From Takakia lepidozioides (Eukaryota > Plantae > Bryophyta): a DNA stretch of 64,000 nt. The stretch covers positions 68,138,001-68,202,000 of the forward strand of contig CM060732.1 of NCBI GenBank assembly GCA_030704615.1. The letters are read 5' to 3'. Position numbers and translations under genes: made by a program. Positions within the stretch are counted from its first letter, which is position 1; each line of letters opens with the position of its first letter. Shown here one piece after another: positions 13,328 to 25,300 of the stretch. The notes under the pieces are model-generated. The model ran no database searches. It was not told where the DNA came from and saw only the letters and a program-made list of their open reading frames with translations.

Positions 13328-14100
13328 CATAGCTAGAACTAGTGACAAAGGAAACACATTTGTTCTCTTCACACTGACAAAAAATTGGGTATCAAACACA
13401 GATGAGAGCCTGGCTCAGGTATCACGGCATGTAGGACGTTTGCAGTAAGACATTTGCAGGTGATGAAACCTAAACCCATCAGGTTTTTCAGTGCATCTGC
13501 AACGTGTTGGTTTATGATGCTGGATGGAAATTTACAGCTACCCACTGGTTTATGCAAGGATTCTATGACATAATCTCCAGCATGCACATCTACCAAAAGA
13601 CTCACCAAAGCATGACCAGACTTCGATGTTTCTGTCGTTGTTTGCCTGTTAGTCAATTTGATTGGCCTGCCCAGCTACGTGATCACATAATTGACCCATT
13701 GGTGACTGAGTAGTCGATCATGTTACCAGTGTCGTGGATTGTCACCGATAGCAACCTTGTAATCCTGACACAAAACCCACAACTCGCAGTTTTGACTGTC
13801 TCAAAGCCCTCCATCTCTCCCTCTCTTTTGATGTATTCCCAAGCCTGAAATGGCTGGGGAAAAAAGCTTCCAGAACGAATTCTAGTGACCACTGCAAAGT
13901 CTGGAGACTTCGTGTAGCATGGTGCACTAGTGTCATGTCATTGTCGTCTTCAACTTTTGACGCTGCCCAAATTGCCCAAAACTGACTTTGACAAAACATT
14001 GTTTCGTTTGATCTTCGGAGTCCGGATGGGATGTGAAATAACTTATTGCGCAAAAGAACGGGGAGGGGGGTAATTTGTGGGCACCTCCAGGTTGGCTGGA

Positions 14101-14119
14101 GGGTTTAGGGTTTAGGGTT
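14101..14119 (+). repeat. Short interstitial plant telomeric repeat / telo-box
   Basis: GGGTTTAGGGTTTAGGGTT. Confidence 0.6.
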
Positions 14120-14671
14120 GTGAGGAGCTTGCTTGGGACTTAGTGCTGAGGGTGAGGGAGGCGGGACAACATGATGGGTTCCTGAATTGTACGGCGGACT
14201 GAGAGAAATACTTTGGTAAGGTTCCAGTGGACGGCGGGGTTTGCAATAAGCGTATGTGCGTGGATTGCTTCCATCCCTTTCCCCGCAAATTTCTTGCATT
14301 GATTTCTTCTTGAGTGGGTTCTACTGCCATCACATGGTTAATCCAGCTTCGGGTTTCTAATGAGAAGAGTATGAAAATTGGAGTCTTTTCTTCAACCATT
14401 AGTGGAAACTCTTCGTGAGAGCGGGTTCATTACATGATGTGCATTTCTAGTCTTCAATTGCAATTTTCTTATTTTGAATTCAGTCAATTCAATGAATGAT
14501 ACTCCCTTCTCAACGATGTGTGGGATGCGATGTCTTTCTGATCATGGAGTGTTGCAAAATCACCAAATCCTTTTAACTGCTCATGCAGTCTTTCACTGCC
14601 GTGCTCAATGTCAATTAGATGAATAGCTCCCAATTTCAGTTGCCAGTTAAACTCTAATGCCTTGGTCAAGG

Positions 14672-15030
14672 ATAACAGACAACACCTACGACCTTGGATG
14701 TCACCGCAGGTCGTGTGATTCTAAGGGTCACGGAGGTGTTGCCTTCAGGAGTGTTGATTCTGGAGGGTCAAGATGGCATGGTATGGAAGGACCATGTGCG
14801 CAATTGTGCGCCATGTCACCTTCCACATGTGGATGGGAGGATAGATCCTAACCTTGTAGTGGTACCTGCAGGGTTGTGTTGCATGCTATGTGGGCATGCT
14901 AGTGCCGCCACAACCATGTTGGTGTGTGACAAATGCTCAAAGGGGTAGCACATGGGATGCTTGACACCGCCACTTGATGAGGTTCCTATCGGAGAATGGT
15001 TGTGTCCACGATGCCTTGGACAGAGGTAGT
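14672..15030 (+). mobile_element. Inverted C-terminal piece of the gypsy integrase carrying a PHD finger
   Basis: QTTPTTLDVTAGRVILRV...[44 protein letters not shown] (C4HC3 pattern, one stop). Confidence 0.85.
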
Positions 15031-15119
15031 GGGCATGACAATGGTGAGGCGGACAAGTGACCCAAGGTCTAGCTAGTGGGGCTTCAATGTCATGGATACT
15101 CAACTGAAGATCATGGATT

Positions 15120-16390
15120 GTATGAAGGGTAGAAACGTCGAACACTTGGCCTATATCCCCCTCCACGTATAGTGACGTACCTCAATGTGTCTCGGTGTTG
15201 GGCAATAGCAAGGTTTTCAAAAGCCATAGGCATGACTCTCTTGAACAACTCTGCCCATTGGGCACATGCTTGTGTCCACACATCCGGATCATCAAGGTTG
15301 AAAACTATTGCAGCCTCCCTGCGAATAGATGCAGGCAAATCCGGCTCTCGGCCGAAGAGAAGAAAGTAAGGTGAGAATGAGGCAAGTGAAGCTTGTTTGC
15401 TGAACCTATAGCCCATAGCTAGCCAAGGCAGTTGAAGGTCCCAATCTCCTAGGTGTCCCTTCTGCAAACCGTACTTGCGCAAACTTCTCTTGACTGTCTG
15501 AACAACTCTCTCCGCCAAGCCAACAACCTCGGGATGATCCCGAGAAGTAGTGCGGTGATCTATCAAGGCTTGCTCACACAAAGCTTGAAACTTCCCCAAA
15601 AACTCTCTCCCTTGGTCCGTGAGTACCTCGGCTGGAGTACCAAAATGGCTAAGCACTCGATCTAAGAATGCATACGCAGCCCCCTCACTTGCCTTGTCAG
15701 GCAATGCCACCAGTTCAATCCATTTAGAGAAGTGTTCCACCATCACCAGCACATACTTGTTGTGGCGAATCGTCAATGACAATGGGTCTGCGAAGTCAAG
15801 ACTCCAACGATAGCCCAAACCCATAATGGGTAAAGGATGCAATTGTGGAGTAGGGGCGTTGAAAGAAGCCCACACTCTATCACACACCATGCACATTGCC
15901 ACTAACTGTTGCACATCCGTGTGCATGCCCTGCCACCAATATTGCCATTGCAGCAAACTATGAGTGCGCCGCATCCCAAAATGTCCCAACTCCTCATGGG
16001 CATGGCGTACCAATCGCGCTCGTTGTGTTGGATGAGGCACAATCCTCACTCGTTCATCCTCCCATACCCGGAGTAGGTGAGTCCCCTCCCACTTGAACCT
16101 CTTGGCTCGTTGTAGGACCCGATCCCTCTCCTTAGCAGTCGCACTCGCTGTTGTCTCTCCGGTACGAAGGTATGCCAACACTGCTGCATCTTCATGCACA
16201 TCCTTAGCACCACCAAACTCCTCACTAGTCTCTGGATCATCATGCACGCTATCTACATGACCAATCGCATGGGATGGACCAGCTTGAGCTCCCACTGCTA
16301 GAATGCACAAAAAGGCCGATGCATGCCATCCTGGCACCATCTCCTCATCCGTCTCACCATGTCACCGAGCTCCAGTATCATCAGCTCCAG
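15120..16390 (-). mobile_element. Ty3/gypsy integrase fragment (no LTRs seen)
   Basis: HHCC zinc motif (HEELGHF...CMVC), WSLDF, LTDQGREF, GLAERVVQTVK, SPYFLLFGR. Confidence 0.93.
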
Positions 16391-17652
16391 TAACTTCTTC
16401 TTATACTTAATCCGACAGTCTATCTCTAGTACCATCAGCTCTAGCAAGAATGAACAGCTTTCAGGTGTGGGATTCCTCAGTTTCGGTGCAGAGATATCAG
16501 TCATGACAACCAGTGCATCTTCCATAGAGGAATATGATTCCATAACAGACGGATCAAAGCTGAATCCAATGAGCGTTTTTTTCACCTCAATTCTTGTCAC
16601 ACTTACCTGCCCTGCACGCATTAATAACTCTAATACACGGAACCTTGCACTCATCTCGTCGATGGCAACCATCATTGCAAAGCTAACATGCACCATTTAT
16701 TCTGGATACTCACTGGCCTGTCTCAGCTCATTGAAAGCTGAAGCCATGAAGTGAAAGTCATGAATGGGGCCTCTACTAAGCTTAGCAATAATCAGGTGCA
16801 CGTCATGTCCTGCTTCAAGTGCATCCACATCCCATGGATAGAAAGGGAATTCATTGCGCTGGTATGCAACATGCTGATGTTTTCGTAATTCATTCAGAAC
16901 ATATTGAGCATGCCGTAATGACCAGAATACATGGCCGACCCACTGCAGAAGTTCGGCTTTCGCCTTCTCTGTGAGCACCACATGATCATCTGCCTCCTCG
17001 TCATAACCCTCAAGCAGGCGAATATAGGCCTCTGTTGTCAACTCCATGTTCGCCAGAAGGTCCGTTGAGTATTAAGCTCCAAGAGCAACCCAAATGTGCT
17101 CAAGAGACTTGCTCTTGCCTTCTTTTTTCTCTCAGAAGCCATACCGCGAGCAGTTATCTCAATTGCACACATTTCCACCAACCAGCTGATCTTCCGTTCC
17201 AGGTTATCATGGAGGTTTTCTTCATACAAGAGTATCGACTGCTCGAATGTCTCAAAGTCCTCTATCATGATCCTCGGCTGATTTGCAAAAAAGTATCGTT
17301 GTGTTGTGCACATGGGAAGCAATTGGTGAAACACCGCAAGCAGAGTCTCTTGTACACCTCGGGCAGATTTTTTAAGGCGATCTGACGCTTTCAATTTCGG
17401 CAGCTGTACTTGAGAACTCTTCAGAGTCCTAGCAGTGGCAAAATAAGTTTCCCTTTGCATGTCCAGCCATCGTTTGGCCAGGAGGGTGCTCTCAGGATCT
17501 TCATGATCGACAAGAACTGGGTACTCTGGTTGACCATTTTCTGGAATCTCAAAGTCAAATTGATAAAAAGCGTGATCTAAACGGCAATCATGGCAGACGT
17601 CTCGCCCATGCCCCTCACAGTAAGAGAGGTTGTTGCAGGTAATTGTTGCCAT
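16390..17652 (-). pseudogene. Decayed orphan ORF (~420 aa) with an N-terminal CxxH-x4-CxxC motif, truncated by the gypsy fragment
   Basis: Three consecutive ORFs joined by one frameshift (~17040) and one in-frame TAA (16697-16699); YCEGHGRDVCHDCRLDH; helical composition. Confidence 0.6.
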
Positions 17653-18354
17653 ACCAGGTAAAACCTACTTCCCTCGAGCAATCAGGAGGGGGATAAGATA
17701 GTTGCATACACTTCTTTTCTACACCTTTTCATGCACCTCTTTTCTACAATGTAGAGGTCTTCTCCCTGCCTGGTTAAGTGGAGTCCAACTGCCTCACCCA
17801 CAATGCAAGGTGACCTGGCACATAGCGACGTGCCACTTGTTGTTCACTTCAGCTTCCGGAAGTATCCACAAGTCAACACATCTTACGAATTAACTGAGAA
17901 ATGCTCTCTGCATCATACGGGCTTTGAGCCTGTCACACCAAATTTGCATTACAAGTCAGAGAGGAATATTCACCTTAGAATTCACAGAAGAAATCTCCAG
18001 CATTAATAAGTGAACCCGACACAAACATTGCTTTTCAACTGAATGCTAAAAAGCAACCATCATGAGTGGGTGCGATGCATTTCAGTGGAAAAGTCCTCCG
18101 AAGCTCATTACCTCTCAAAACAAATATGCACACTGCAGAAAGTTGACTGCAATGCTGAAACCAACACAAAGATCGTTAGTGGAGGAGGAATGACCTAAAG
18201 AGGTAAATATGTTCTAAAAGAATGGCCCCTTCAATACTCCTCACTACAATGCTTTGCAAATCACAGTAGTTCCGGTTGTACTCATAATTCAAGGTTTCCA
18301 TTTGTCTCGGGCGAGCCAGGACGCGTTGAGGGGCACAAACTGTTTTTCTTCGAG

Positions 18355-18450
18355 CAACAACACATTGAAAGCCTGAACATATCCCCGAATATCATCTGTT
18401 TGCTTCAAATTCCTCATCCTCCCAAGACCTCTCTCTCGCCGCCATAGCTC
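18355..18450 (-). mobile_element. Small retrotransposon gag-like fragment
   Basis: MRNLKQTDDIRGYVQAFNVLL resembles the Retrotrans_gag LxxLKQ..V..Y...F motif. Confidence 0.45.
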
Positions 18451-18647
18451 TAGTACTTGGGATGGAGAGTGGGTGAGATCTATATGGTGGAGTCATTTAG
18501 CAAAGGTGCCATTGGCTTGACTTATATAACGTGGTAGAGTGGTTTCTCATCTTTTCACCATTTTCGTATCATTGTGGCATGGCTTTCTAGGACTATATGC
18601 TAGGAAGTGTGGTTGGACAGCGATGTATGTTGTGGCACGATGCTTAG

Positions 18648-19412
18648 GTGCACGACACTTGTATCAATCATAAATATATTTTCAAGCCTACTCTGCTTTG
18701 GAAGGGCCGCGAACGATCTTTGCTCTCCTCTGAAGTTGCCCGCAGAATTGAACAGAGGCTTGCAGTTCAAAAGAAGAAACGCAAGAAAAAAGCATCCGTC
18801 TCTGGGCCTTCAGGTTGGGAGATTGGAGACTTAGCCGAAGCTCGAAGGGTGCCAGAAGAGTATTTTGTTGACCCACGGTTGTTTTGGGCTATCGGGGATG
18901 GATCCGTAGAGCGATATGAGCTGCCAACTTTTCACGAAAAGATCAAGACACGAAAGAGCATTGCTACAGGTATTGAAGCAAGTCCAACCTCTGTCCACAG
19001 TCCACCATCTACTGTTGTTGAAGAAATGCCATCTCTTGTGCCTCGCTCTTTAAATCAACTAAAGGAAAGTGATTTGACCACACGAGACATATTGTGGCGG
19101 AAGGTGAAGGGTCTAGTGAGGTGGAGCAGCCTGGAACAGTTTTTGACTCGGCTTGGTTGTAGTATACTCAGTCTGGACGGGTCTAGGAAGAAAGTGGTGG
19201 ACAGCCACACTGGTCGCTGCACTGTTCTCCACAAGCCACACCCTAGTGAGGAATGTCGACGGGATCAACTAGACAATTATCGAATACATTTGGAGGATTG
19301 GTTGCATATTAACTATGAGGATCTGATTACTACTGATGAGGTGACCCCAGAGAGCAGAAGTACAGACGGGGCCTTTGACTCTTCCAAAGATGTGGAGAGG
19401 GACCCGATTTAG
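18648..19412 (+). CDS. ORF or terminal exon with a C-terminal HicA-like (mRNA interferase fold) domain
   Basis: VRWSSLEQFLTRLGCSILSLDGSRKKV...TVLHKPHPSEECRRDQLDNYRIHL matches the HicA pattern W-x2-hE-x-hh-xxLG...GSR...hHxPHP; starts at GTG after TAG, so the 5' end is missing or spliced. Confidence 0.6.
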   Translation: MHDTCINHKYIFKPTLLWKGRERSLLSSEVARRIEQRLAVQKKKRKKKASVSGPSGWEIGDLAEARRVPEEYFVDPRLFWAIGDGSVERYELPTFHEKIKTRKSIATGIEASPTSVHSPPSTVVEEMPSLVPRSLNQLKESDLTTRDILWRKVKGLVRWSSLEQFLTRLGCSILSLDGSRKKVVDSHTGRCTVLHKPHPSEECRRDQLDNYRIHLEDWLHINYEDLITTDEVTPESRSTDGAFDSSKDVERDPI

Positions 19413-19739
19413 ATACCAGCATGACTATACTCTTCATCAAGTGTAGCTTGTTTGAGTGCAATTTATCTGACTCTACAATTTGAACATCAGACATGTAACT
19501 GAGTATAGATGCATGTCTGCATAGCAAGCATCAAAGCTTCTTGGACATTTTGTGATTCCTTGAAGGGGCCGATACCTTCCTTGTTTCCAGGCAGTGGTCT
19601 CTGAGGAACTAAGGAGCAACCTTTTAGGCCGTTGAGAACTTGATAGGCTTTCAAGAATGAGATGCTGTCAAGTGTTGATGGTTTTAGACAGACAGCCTGA
19701 AGAAACACTATAGAATGCCATACACCGTCACTAATTTCT

Positions 19740-20650
19740 TATACCTGTCTCCTCCATCATTCACCTTCTCCATATCGTCCCACCTGCCAGCAGCAGCATA
19801 GCTATTCGATAGAAGCACATAAGAGCCTCCATACCACACCCATGCTGTGTATATCCTGTGATCATTGCATTCCATAAGACCACATTTCATTGACCCATAT
19901 TATCAAACACTTGATGTGCATCTCTTATGCCCCCACATTCGGCATATATGGCTCAAAGGGTAGTGGGCAGAATGATATCTGGCAATATTCCAGCTTTTGT
20001 GATGTCTGCATTGACCTCTTTGCCCTTGCCCAAGGCTCCTAGGCTGCCACACCACCTTGGGAATGCAAATGAAGTAACTTTGTCAGGCGTCACCCCTTCC
20101 AGTATCATTTTCTCAGAGCTCGAAGGCCTCCATAACACACCATCCTGAGCATATTCTGCCATCATTGTCCATGTAAACACACATCTTTTAGGAATTCGCC
20201 AAACACTAGGCGTGCATCAACCATGCTACCACATTTGGCATACATGTCGGCAAGGGTGTTCAGCAGAAAGGTGCTTGGCTTGAGTCCACTCCGTAGATGG
20301 TGGGAGTGCACCTGCTCTCCATTTGAAGGTTATCAATTTCGATGCACTGCTGCAAGAGCGAGATGTAAGTATTTGTGTTCCTTAAAAATGTTCAGCACCT
20401 CTTTGAGTTAACCGGCCTTAAATAGTGCCATCACATCCCCACAAGAGTTTTTTGACTTCTTAACCAGACTGCTCGACCATGTATCATGGCAGCTAGTGCT
20501 GCGTTCACCCACGGCAGGCTCAACCAACCCTCAATCCAAAGGGCCTCGTTAGAATGCTTATGTCTGAAATTCTGGTGACCTTGGAGTTCTCTGAAAACCA
20601 CCAGTGATCAGTTGAGCACTCGTAGCTTCAACCAAGGCCTCGGACAGACA
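19740..20650 (-). pseudogene. PLS/E-class pentatricopeptide repeat (PPR) pseudogene
   Basis: Frameshifted NTLADMYAKCGSM-DA-VF, WTMMAEYAQDG, GVTPDKVT, E-domain SYVLLSNSYAAAGRWDD. Confidence 0.8.
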
Positions 20651-22329
20651 AGGCTCCAAGCATCTTTCACAGATCAGCAACAATATATATTTCACATATG
20701 AATAGAACAGCGAATCCACTCTTAGGAACTGGAAGAGAAAATTCTGCACACACAGACTAAAATCAATCCTGTGAACTCTGCGTCAACCTCTATGAAATGA
20801 AATCTAGATACATGTACTTGATATAAACTTATGTGGAATTGTGCAAAGAACCTAGAACTGAGATTTCCATATATCCAAGAGGCAGAGCTGTGGAATTTGG
20901 ACCAGAGAGACATGGGGACGAATAATCTGACTTGCAATAATTAGGTGTACAATCAGGACTGCCAGGGCTTTGTAACTTCAAAACATGCAAGTGACCTGCA
21001 AGAAAATTTCATTCGCATAAGCTGTATGAATAGGAGTAGATGTCCAAGGATCACAGTCTGGAAGAATTGAGGTATTTTTGCAAACCTAGATCTCTGAGAA
21101 TTTCAGCCACTACCTAATAAAGGGTGAAGTCCTGGGGACTCTGCCATTATCCATTTTGGTGATTCAACTGACATCTGGTTCAAGGTGGACAATACCATTG
21201 AGATGACGATATTGAGCGGCCACTCTCAGCATTTGCCTGATTGTAGCTGCATCCCTGCAGCATCAAACTCCGGCTTTGCCTCTCACAGGGCTGTTGTGAA
21301 CTCCCAACCGCCACAACCCCCTTTTCTTGTAAGTTCTTGCCTAATGTCTTTTGTTCATGTCCTGCATACTATATTTGACATCAAAGGCAGATACTCTCAT
21401 CTTTTTTAGAGATTACCAGTCTTTGCCAGAAAGAAACAGACTGCATCAGGTTACAACCCAAAGAGAAAGAGACAGCGCAGGCTAGCCTGTGGTTACGTTC
21501 CCAAGTCCCAGCCATTGGAAAAGTTACAGACCCAGGAAATTTCTTCTTTTCCGTTTCTCACTCTCTCTCTCTCTTTGAGTCTTTTGGCAACACTCCAGAT
21601 TTTGGGTTTCATGCTTTCTCTTGTCCCATAACTTAGATCTTTGAGCTTTCCACGGACATTAGAAAGCATCATTTCATTTCATAATACTGGAGCAAGCCTG
21701 AACACGGTAGTCGCTCCCTGTGGAGCCCGGACTTCCCTGTGAAGACGATACTTGCATCTTTTTCTTCTGCTCCCTGGTTTCTGCCTAGTTCAAACCCACG
21801 AAGGGGACTACGGCCACAAGCCAGCAAATATTGTATCTCTTTCCAAAGCATGAATGGCTTGCACATACCTCTCCACAAGCTAGCTGTAGGTGGATCCCAA
21901 CGTGCAGGGCCATGATAATGCTGCAGGGCGTGAAAGCAAATGATCTGAGAGCAGCCCTTCTTCCCCAATGCTCGTCGACACCAGCACCTGCACCTACACA
22001 TTCCATGTGACAGTAAGAAAGACCCAAAGGAAAAGGAACTGCTCCTTCACATGCTTAACCGTGATTTCTTTCAAGTTCTTTATGCTCTTCAAGATGTTCT
22101 CTATGTTCTTTATGTTCTTCAAGATGTTCTCTTTCTTTATGTTTTTATTTTATTTTTTATTTTATTTTTAGAACAGGGGGGAGTGGCCCTGTTTTTCCTT
22201 TATTTGGAATTATTTAGAGGGAAAAAATTAAACCCTCAGGAACACCATAAGGCACGCGCACCGATGTCAGTGAAATACGAACTTTCCTACTCTTGGTCGA
22301 GTATAAGCGAACCATACTACTCTGATTGA

Positions 22330-25300
22330 GTAAATAAAACCTTGCTAGTAATTGCTTTGTAATTATCAAAGCATAAAACGCCTGGGGATTTATTATTGAG
22401 TAGTTGCGTCACAGAACGTGGGTGCATCCTGGAGGCGATTGAGTGATTACAGCTCGGCCATACTTCAGAGCTACCAAACATCAACGAAAGTGGAGCCTCG
22501 ATTGTTTGGCGCCCTCTTTGACGTGCTTTCAGTTTATGTCCCTGTCAAACTCTGGCGATGCGGTGGATGGTGGTATTGATGTTGCTCCAGCTGGGCGGTG
22601 GCAGCTTGTTCCATTCGCAGTGATCGCTGGAGACGCTTCTGCAGATAATGCCTTGATGTGCCCAGGTAGAGATGAAGGCAGAGTGCAGTTGCCCTGCAAT
22701 CCGTGGTTTCTTTTTCATGTCAGCTGCTAGTTTGATCGAGGCTCTCCTGGATTCAATTTGTAAGTCATAGTATATTGTTGAAAGAAGTGTTGATACTGAG
22801 CAAGTGGTTCCAGAGAAGGTTCGTTTACATCTCGCTTTCCACAGGTGCCAGAGGGTGGCACATCTAAGAGTGTCGAAGACTGGACAATCACTGGCTCTCC
22901 TTTTTGAGGATTTGTCATAATTTAGCATAATTCCAAGCGAGGTTAGGGGTATGCCGTTCCAGCGGCCATAGAGGGAGTGGATGTGCGGCCATATCGATGC
23001 TGGGGCATGGCAGTAAAGAAGACAGTGTTCTTGCGATTCCATGATAGCTGCTGAACAACATTTATAGAAAAGGGCATCGTTAAACCCCAACCATTCACCA
23101 ACCTTCAGAACTCTGTTTGCTATTTGTCACAAGAATGCCGCCATCTTGGCCGGTTTGGCTTTGGTCCAGATGATCCTCCAAATCGATTCCCAGCTTTCAT
23201 TGTGAAAGTCGAAGTGACTCCACTTTTCGTTCCATTTCGCCAGAAGGGGAGGGGCTTGCGATATTGTTGTATATCCTTTTTTAGTTGTGTATGTGAAGAA
23301 TGGGGTAGTGGTGCGGGTGAGTTTCCAAAACCATTCCTGCGGATCGAAGTCTAGCTCTGGAAGAGGCCTGCCAAGGATCCATACAAACCTTTGGGAGGCT
23401 AGCCATGCTAGAGGAGGTTGGTTCAGGGGGGGTTGCGGGTTGGTGTCTTTGGTTGGGGATATCCAGCAGCAGATGCTGACAGGGGTGTATGGACTGCGAG
23501 GGAAGGATCAGATGTTGTTGTCTTAGATTGAAAGTGTGAGGGTATTAGTGTCAATGTGAAAGGAGTAACCTTCCATGGAATGCTCTGTAGTGGAAACCAC
23601 AAAGAGGATAGTAAGTGTGTTGGAAAGGATAACTAGAGTCCAGTAATTGGAGGAGGGGCTTGAGGGTCCCGCCATGAGATTGTCAATCCAAGGGGGTGGG
23701 ATGCTTTGGATAATGGAATCGTAACTGTGGTTCGCTCTGATTTTTCCGACTATGGTAGTAGCTGTGTCCTTGGAGAGCAGGCTACACTGTTTCCAAATGT
23801 CTCCTACTTTACTGATCCCCTTGGAGTCCCAGCCTACCCACTTTTTGGCCTACTACCTTTGGATTGGGGTGGTAATGTTAGAGTTCAGGAATAGTGATTG
23901 TCTGAGGGTTTGGAAGTAAGACGTGGGCTCCGCTTTTGCTAGAAATGGTCTCAGTTGTGACCAAGCTTGCCAGATGGCCGTCCATAAAGGGGATCCAGTT
24001 GTCTTATGTTTAAACCCGTTGACTATCCATCTGTAGGATGGCTGCCATGAGACAGATTTGAGGGGGGATGCCATGACTATGCTGTCTGCAACTAAGAATT
24101 TCCACCAGCCTCCCTCAGGGCCTAAGAATCTTGGGATCCATTTGCCCAAAAAGGCCGTGATCTGTTTGTCCAAGTCAATGATACCAAGACCCCCTTTCTT
24201 TTTGGGGAGACATATCTGTTTCCACGAGACCTGCGGGCGTTTTTTTCATTATGGTTGGCTGCCCCCCATATGTAGTTCCTCAATAGTTTTTTTGCTTCTT
24301 TGATGTTGGACGAGGCAGGTCGCCAGGATGCAGCGAAGAACCACAGACCTGATGACAGGATCTGGTTGGTTGACAAGGCCTTGCCTGTAATGGATAGGAA
24401 GTAAGAGCCCCAGTATGTCAACTTTGTCTTAAGCTTCACTATTGTGGGCTGGAAACGTTGCTGGTATGTGAGATCAATGTCATATGTGTACCCTAGGAGT
24501 GTGGTAGTTTCACCTGGCTTAAGCCATTGCAATCCTTTGTCCAGTCCCCATGTTGGCTGGTTCCCAATCTAGGATTTTGAGGTGTCCCCCACCAGTAAGG
24601 CACATGTCTTTCCCCAGTTGACTTTAAATCTAGATGCCTGGCAAAAAGCTTCCAGGGTTTGCGTTGTGTTGTCTAGGTTGATGGGGGAGGCTGAGGTTGG
24701 GGCCCAGTGAGCCAAGGCTTTTGGCCAGAGGTGGTTTGACAGGTTATCTATTTTTTGTTGGTCTTGTTTGTGCTCTTGAAGAAAAATTATCGCTTAAATT
24801 TTCAAAAGTGGTGCGAGCCAGGTGAAAGTTGGACTCTTTTTAAGGAGCTGGGATCAGATCCCAGACCCCTTACGTTCCAGGATTTGATATTAATCAACAT
24901 GAGGGTGCCATAAGGGGCTGAGACCAGGGGTTTCCATTGATGGCCCGTTGACAAAGAATTTTACCCTTTTGTCGAAGGGAATGAGAGATTTTGTCCATGT
25001 CAGATTCGGGGGAAGGGTTAAAGAGTGTTTACTGATTTGAGCCATGACTACCAATGGAGGGGTTTTCCATTGAGCTAGATTGTGGTTGCAGGTGAAGGTG
25101 AATTGGGATTGGTCTGGGGTGAGTCTGGTTATGGAATGCATGGTAACCTTTTCTAGAGATAACATCTGCGCTATTGTGTGGTTCAATATTCTATCTATTT
25201 CTCGTACTGGATGCCACACATCGGTTTGTTGTTGGGTATAAGGGAGGGAAACCCAGGGGATAGCTTGCCTTTTTGTCTTTGAACTAGGTCTCTTTTGGTC

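Noticed and set aside
17905-17970. tRNA gene on the minus strand
   Set aside because: Only a weak B-box-like motif; no cloverleaf
16298-18590. Simple inversion between two TTCTAG sites that would fuse the orphan ORF to the HicA-like ORF
   Set aside because: 16298-16390 is gypsy sequence (TGAR*HGETDEEMVPGWHAS in another frame), so the CTAG at 16298 is not a gene breakpoint
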